Of a DNA stretch of 64,000 nt, positions 59,901 through 64,000 are shown piece after piece (position 1 is the first letter of the stretch; each line of letters starts with the position of its first letter). Source of the stretch: Leucoraja ocellata (lineage: Eukaryota); assembly GCA_036785375.1 (NCBI GenBank), contig JAWMAR010001141.1, positions 62,001-126,000 of the forward strand, read 5' to 3'. The notes below the pieces were generated by a model. The model was given only the letters and a program-made list of their open reading frames with translations. It ran no database searches and was not told the origin of the DNA. The translations under genes were made by a program, and so were the position numbers.

Positions 59901-61056
59901 AAGAGGTTCTGGACCCGGAGCGATCGGCTTTGGGGAAATGAGCCGCCAGCAGCAGAACCGCCGGCAGCACAAGCTGAGGTTTAACAATAAAAAACATGTC
60001 ATTTGCGCTGTTCAGACAGGTTCATGGTTTTGCATAGATCATGTGTAGCGAGGAACTGCAGGTGCTGGTTTAAACCAAAGATAGACACAAAGTGCTGGAG
60101 TAACTCGGCGGATCAGGCAGAATCTCTGGAGAAAATGGATAGGTGTCCTTTTCGGGTTCAGACCATTCTTGATCTCCCGGTTGCCAACCCTGTCCATGTC
60201 CCTTCCCATTCCCACACTGACCTTTCTGTCCTGGGCCTCCTCCATTGCCAGAGTGAAGCCACATGCAAATTGGAGGAACCGCACCTCATATTGGGCTCAG
60301 GTAGTTTACAACCCAACGGTTTGAACGTTGGTTCTCTAATTTTAAGTATCTTCTACTAACCTGCCCCCTCCCCCATTGACTCCTATCTCCACCCGGGTTT
60401 CCCACCACCTGCCCCAGTGAGGGGGCGGCAGAGGTTCTGGTCCCGGAGCGATCGTCTTCGTGGAAATGAGCCGTCAGCAACAGAACCGCCGGTAGATGGG
60501 ACCTTCCGTGGGGCTGGTGTCTGACAGCCCCCCCCCCCCCCCATATTGCTCCAGCGACAGTGAGCTCTTGGTGTGGCCCCACGGGCCGGGACCCCAGTAA
60601 GTGAGTTATCCACCCAGCCCCGTTACCGCGACCCCCGGGGATGTGGCACCGAGTCACCGTCAGGACCGAGGCCGGGAATTCACAGGCTGGAATGTTCACA
60701 TCTAGGAGAGTGAGGAGAGATCGTCAACGTACCTTCAGAAACCTTCAATGAGATGGAGACCAATTCAATGGGTGAATCGTTTCTCTTTACTATCACACAC
60801 CAGTAGAGTCCTTCATCACTCTTCTCCAGCTTGTCGATGGTGACTAAAACTATCTGGTGTGTTTTGTCATCAGTCATCGATGTTCTCCGTTGTTGTGGGT
60901 CATCAGTAGAAACCACAGTATAAGATTTCTGGTAAGAATCACCTTTCCTCCACAGCTTCCTGTTGTCCTTGTATTCCTGACCATACTGACATTCCACTGT
61001 GACCGACTGCCCCAACTCTCCCCTCACCTCCTCGGGTTCAGTTATTCCGCTTGACC
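53566..61056 (-). CDS. Gene 4 (5'-partial): activating-type receptor with three V exons. Exons 60733-61056 (Va), 59533-59859 (Vb), 57159-57485 (hybrid V), 55354-55510 (stalk), 53566-53680 (Arg-TM); leader predicted just beyond the window end
   Basis: All V exons are open and phase 1-1. Stalk and TM translate identically to gene 3. Window position about 63960 corresponds to about 42000 in the gene 3 unit, placing the leader roughly 600-700 nt past 64000. Confidence 0.72.
56456..56746 (+). mobile_element. Penelope-like 3' fragment inserted only in this copy
   Basis: Nearly identical to 1105-1394; 11-bp TSD tcccttcttca (56445-56455 and 56747-56757); empty sites at about 19780 and 37115. Confidence 0.88.
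57159..57485 (-). CDS. Gene 4 membrane-proximal hybrid V exon
   Basis: ORF 57049..57495; 327 nt, phase 1-1. Confidence 0.9.
57758..57900 (-). pseudogene. 3'-truncated stalk exon fused to intron sequence (fusion junction about 57850)
   Basis: Intact acceptor, then GSQTSRPDMVTTTSTTII, then a switch to the intron normally upstream of Va; TAA at 57758-57760; no donor seen. Confidence 0.75.
58134..58760 (-). mobile_element. HER1/CR1 LINE 3' fragment
   Basis: ORF 58227..58793 (LVRPHLEYCVQFW...GYGEKAGTGY). Confidence 0.9.
59533..59859 (-). CDS. Gene 4 V exon Vb
   Basis: ORF 59423..59869; 327 nt, phase 1-1. Confidence 0.9.
60733..61056 (-). CDS. Gene 4 V exon Va
   Basis: ORF 60680..61066; 324 nt, phase 1-1. 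Confidence 0.9.
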
Positions 61057-64000
61057 CTGTTGGCACATTAATGATGAAAGATCACTCACACTGCAGCAAC
61101 ACAAGCTGAGGTTTAACAATAAAAAACATGTCATTTGTGCTGTTCAGACAGGTTCATGGTTTCGCATAGATCATGTGTAGCAAGGAACTGCAGGTGCTGG
61201 TTGACACAAAGATAGACACAAAGAGCTGGAGTAACCAAGCGGGACAGGCAGCATCTCTGGAGAAACCGACGGGTGATGTTTCCTCACCCATTTCCTTCTC
61301 TCCAGAGATGCTGCCCGTCCCGCTGAGTTACTCCAGCATTTTGTGTCTCTTCTTTTGCATAGATCCTGTTGCACTTTAATGCTTTTCCCGCTGGTGTTAA
61401 TTCCCATTTCACCGGGATTTTTCCCCAAGTTCCAGTGAAAGCAGAACTGAGTTCCTTCTTGAACACTTTGTCTACTCCACTGCGATATCTATCTTCCAGC
61501 ATCTGCAGATCCTTCTTGAACACTGCTTCTGAATCTACCTGGCGCCCAGATCCTCCTTCCCTGTGGGCGTGGCTTGACATGAGTGGTGGTCATGTGACAG
61601 GAAGCCAACCTGTCACTCACTCTGACCCACCCTGTGTTCAATCTCACTACAACCCACTTCCCCATTGAACTAGTAGAAACAAGGAACTGCAGATGCTGGT
61701 TAATGTACAAAAGGACACAAAGTGCCGGAGTAACACAATGGGACAGGAACTATCTCTGGAGATAGAGGAACTCTCTGGGTGAAAAGATATTCCCTCATCT
61801 GAGTCATCAATGGCCTACCCGTTATTGAGGTCACAACCTTAAACAGGAACTATCTCTGGAGAAAGTGGATAGATGACGATTCATAGAAACATATAAACAT
61901 AGAAAATAGGCGCAGGAGGAGACGATTCGGCCCTTCGAGCCGGCACTGCCCAGTTCTGCTTGCCCCCGGAATCCCATGATTCCATTAGCCCTAAGAGCTA
62001 AATCTAACTCTCTCTTGAATACATCCAGTGAATTGGCCTCCACTGCCCTCTGTGGCAGAGAATTCTACAGATTCACAACTCTGGGTGAAAAGGTTTCTAC
62101 CCCATCTTAACTTAGTTGTGTGTGTTAGTTGTCTGTGCGTTATGTGTGTGTGTGTGGGAGGGAGGGAGAGGGATGCCGGGGTCTGGGCAGACGGGTGTGA
62201 GTTGAGGCCGATGTTTGTATACAATGCCCCAACCCCCGGCCCAGCCCTCCGTGTATTGTTCACCGCCTCTCCCCGGGGAGAGAGAGGGGTGGAGCCCGAG
62301 CTGTGTGCGTAAAGCACGGCAACTGGAGGGGCAGGAGCGCTGCCGTGAGCGAACGACCCACCTCCCCCTCTCCCCCTTCTCCATTCCCCCTCACACCCCC
62401 CTCCACGTCTACCCCTTTCTTCCCCCTCCACCCCTCTACTCTATCTCCACCTGTGGTAGATCTACTTACATACACAGAAGAAACTAAAAATTGTTTCTCA
62501 ATCAGTTCCCGTCAGTGCAGTTAATAAAATTCGGCATTCAGACCGAACAGTGGCTTTGCTTTGACAGGTGCCTAGCTGTCAAAGTATGGGCGAGGTTAGA
62601 TGTGTTGGTGTATGATGTATGTGGAGGGGACACAGTCCGTTAACCAGTCTTATTGCCTGTGGGAAGAAGCTGTGTAGCATCCTGCTGGTTTTGCAGCTGA
62701 TGCTCCTGTACCTCTTCCCAGGTGGCAGAATGGAGAAGATGTGGTGTGATGGATGATAGGGGTCCTTAATAATGGAGATGGCTCTGCTGATGTTACGCTT
62801 CTGATAGATCTCCAACAGGAAAGGGAGTGGAGCACCAATGATCCTTCTGGCTGTCTTCACTATCCTGTTAAGTTGTTTTTGTTCATAAGCCTTGCAGCTC
62901 CCAAACCAGGAAGTGATGCCGTGGGTCAGTATACTCTCGATGGTGCCCCTGTAGAAGGACCTTAGGTGAACAGTAGGGAGACCTGCTTTTCTTAGTCTCC
63001 GGAGAGGGTGGGACCCTCTGGATACATGGATAGGACAGGTTTGAAGGGACTTGGACCAAACGTGGACAGGTGGGACTAGTGTTGCTGGGACATGTTGGGC
63101 GGTGTGGGCAAGATGGGCCGAAGGGCCTGTTTCCGCACTGTAACACTCTATGACTCTAACACATGTGAAACTCTGCAGATTCAGGAGCTGAGGTGGAGAC
63201 ACATCATCACATCAGTCCAGGTCAGCTCACAAGCCACAAGACAAATGCCTTGAAGGAGAACTCAGAGGCTGGGGAAAGCAAAGTGTGTAGAACAGCTCGA
63301 GCAGCAGAGTCTGTTGTAAGGCAGCTGGTTTTTCTCAGAAGGGAGAGATTACCACAACTTCTCCAAATGCTAAATTGGACAGTCACTCTGGTGCTTCCTC
63401 ATTTGAGATGCTCGCCTGTTCCCATTGGCTGGCTTTCACAGGTTTTTTCTTTGAATGTGCTAAGGTTTATGTTCAACATTTCCCATTGCAGTGCGTGGAG
63501 GGAGTGCCGTGTGTCTTTGATAGACACTAAATGCTGGAGTAACGCAGCGGATCAGGGGGCATCTCTGGAGAGAAGGAATGGCTGACGTTTCGGGTCAAGA
63601 CACTTCTTCAGACCAACAGTCAGAGAGGGAGGAAGTCAAGAGATATGCAAGGGGTAAAGCATTTAGCTGATCTGCTGTCAAGTCACTGAGAAAGTTCACC
63701 TGGAGATAGTTAGCACCAGAATAGTGGAGCAAACTCTCGGTTCTGGGGGCAAGAGTTACCCCTATACCCATAATCAACAAGGCCAGCTGTGGGGTCATTT
63801 TCTACAGGGAGTTAGCTGTGTACAATTTGGCTGCACACAGCATCACAACAGTCATTAGTGCAGGGAAGAACAAGTCTGCAAGCATTTTATCTTTAGCAGC
63901 TCGTAGCCCAGTAGTCTGCTCTGTGGCTCAAAATAATTCAAGATGCTGGCAAATAATTCTGAAGAACAGATCATGTTCATTAGTACTAGGAGAAGAATTA

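Larger units (their letters stand above)
18340..64000. repeat. Tandem segmental duplication: units about 18340-35690, 35690-55020 and 55020 to beyond 64000
   Basis: Colinear near-identical unique and repeat sequence. Offsets: 24201 vs 42627 (18.4 kb), 34342 vs 53680 and 36179 vs 55510 (19.3 kb). Confidence 0.95.

Noticed and set aside
20162-61056. Rearranging Ig/TCR V-segment array
   Set aside because: Each V exon encodes its own G strand and ends in a splice donor. No canonical CACAGTG-spacer-ACAAAAACC abuts the coding ends, and there are no D, J or C1 exons.
1-64000. CRISPR array or prokaryotic operon/defence system
   Set aside because: No regularly spaced repeat-spacer array; the sequence is intron-containing vertebrate DNA dominated by SINEs and LINEs.

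Overview
Repeat-rich vertebrate genomic DNA, almost certainly from a cartilaginous fish (skate/ray-type HE1 SINEs, HER1/CR1 LINEs, Penelope-derived repeats). The ORF track shows only fragments of the real genes, so I rebuilt exons by hand from splice sites and phases. This gives a minus-strand cluster of four CD300/pIgR-like (MDIR-type) V-set Ig receptor genes. Gene 1 (1692-7212) has 2 canonical V domains, a neutral TM and a Tyr-free tail. Gene 2 (15441-24298) is inhibitory: 2 V, mucin stalk, neutral TM, two ITIM-type motifs plus a YxN motif; its leader carries a +1 frameshift. Gene 3 (34228-42723) is activating-type: 2 V, stalk, Arg-containing TM, short tail. Gene 4 (53566 to beyond 64000) is activating-type with 3 V exons, apparently from fusion of two gene copies. 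Genes 2-4 lie in a roughly 17-19 kb tandem segmental duplication and form a paired activating/inhibitory family. Their seven V domains have lost the CD300-type C-C' disulfide and are diversified and mosaic in three surface loops, while the stalk and TM of genes 3 and 4 are identical. The rest is transposable elements, several of them copy-specific insertions with visible target-site duplications. All gene models are predictions without transcript support; TE family names are from recalled motifs, not searches.
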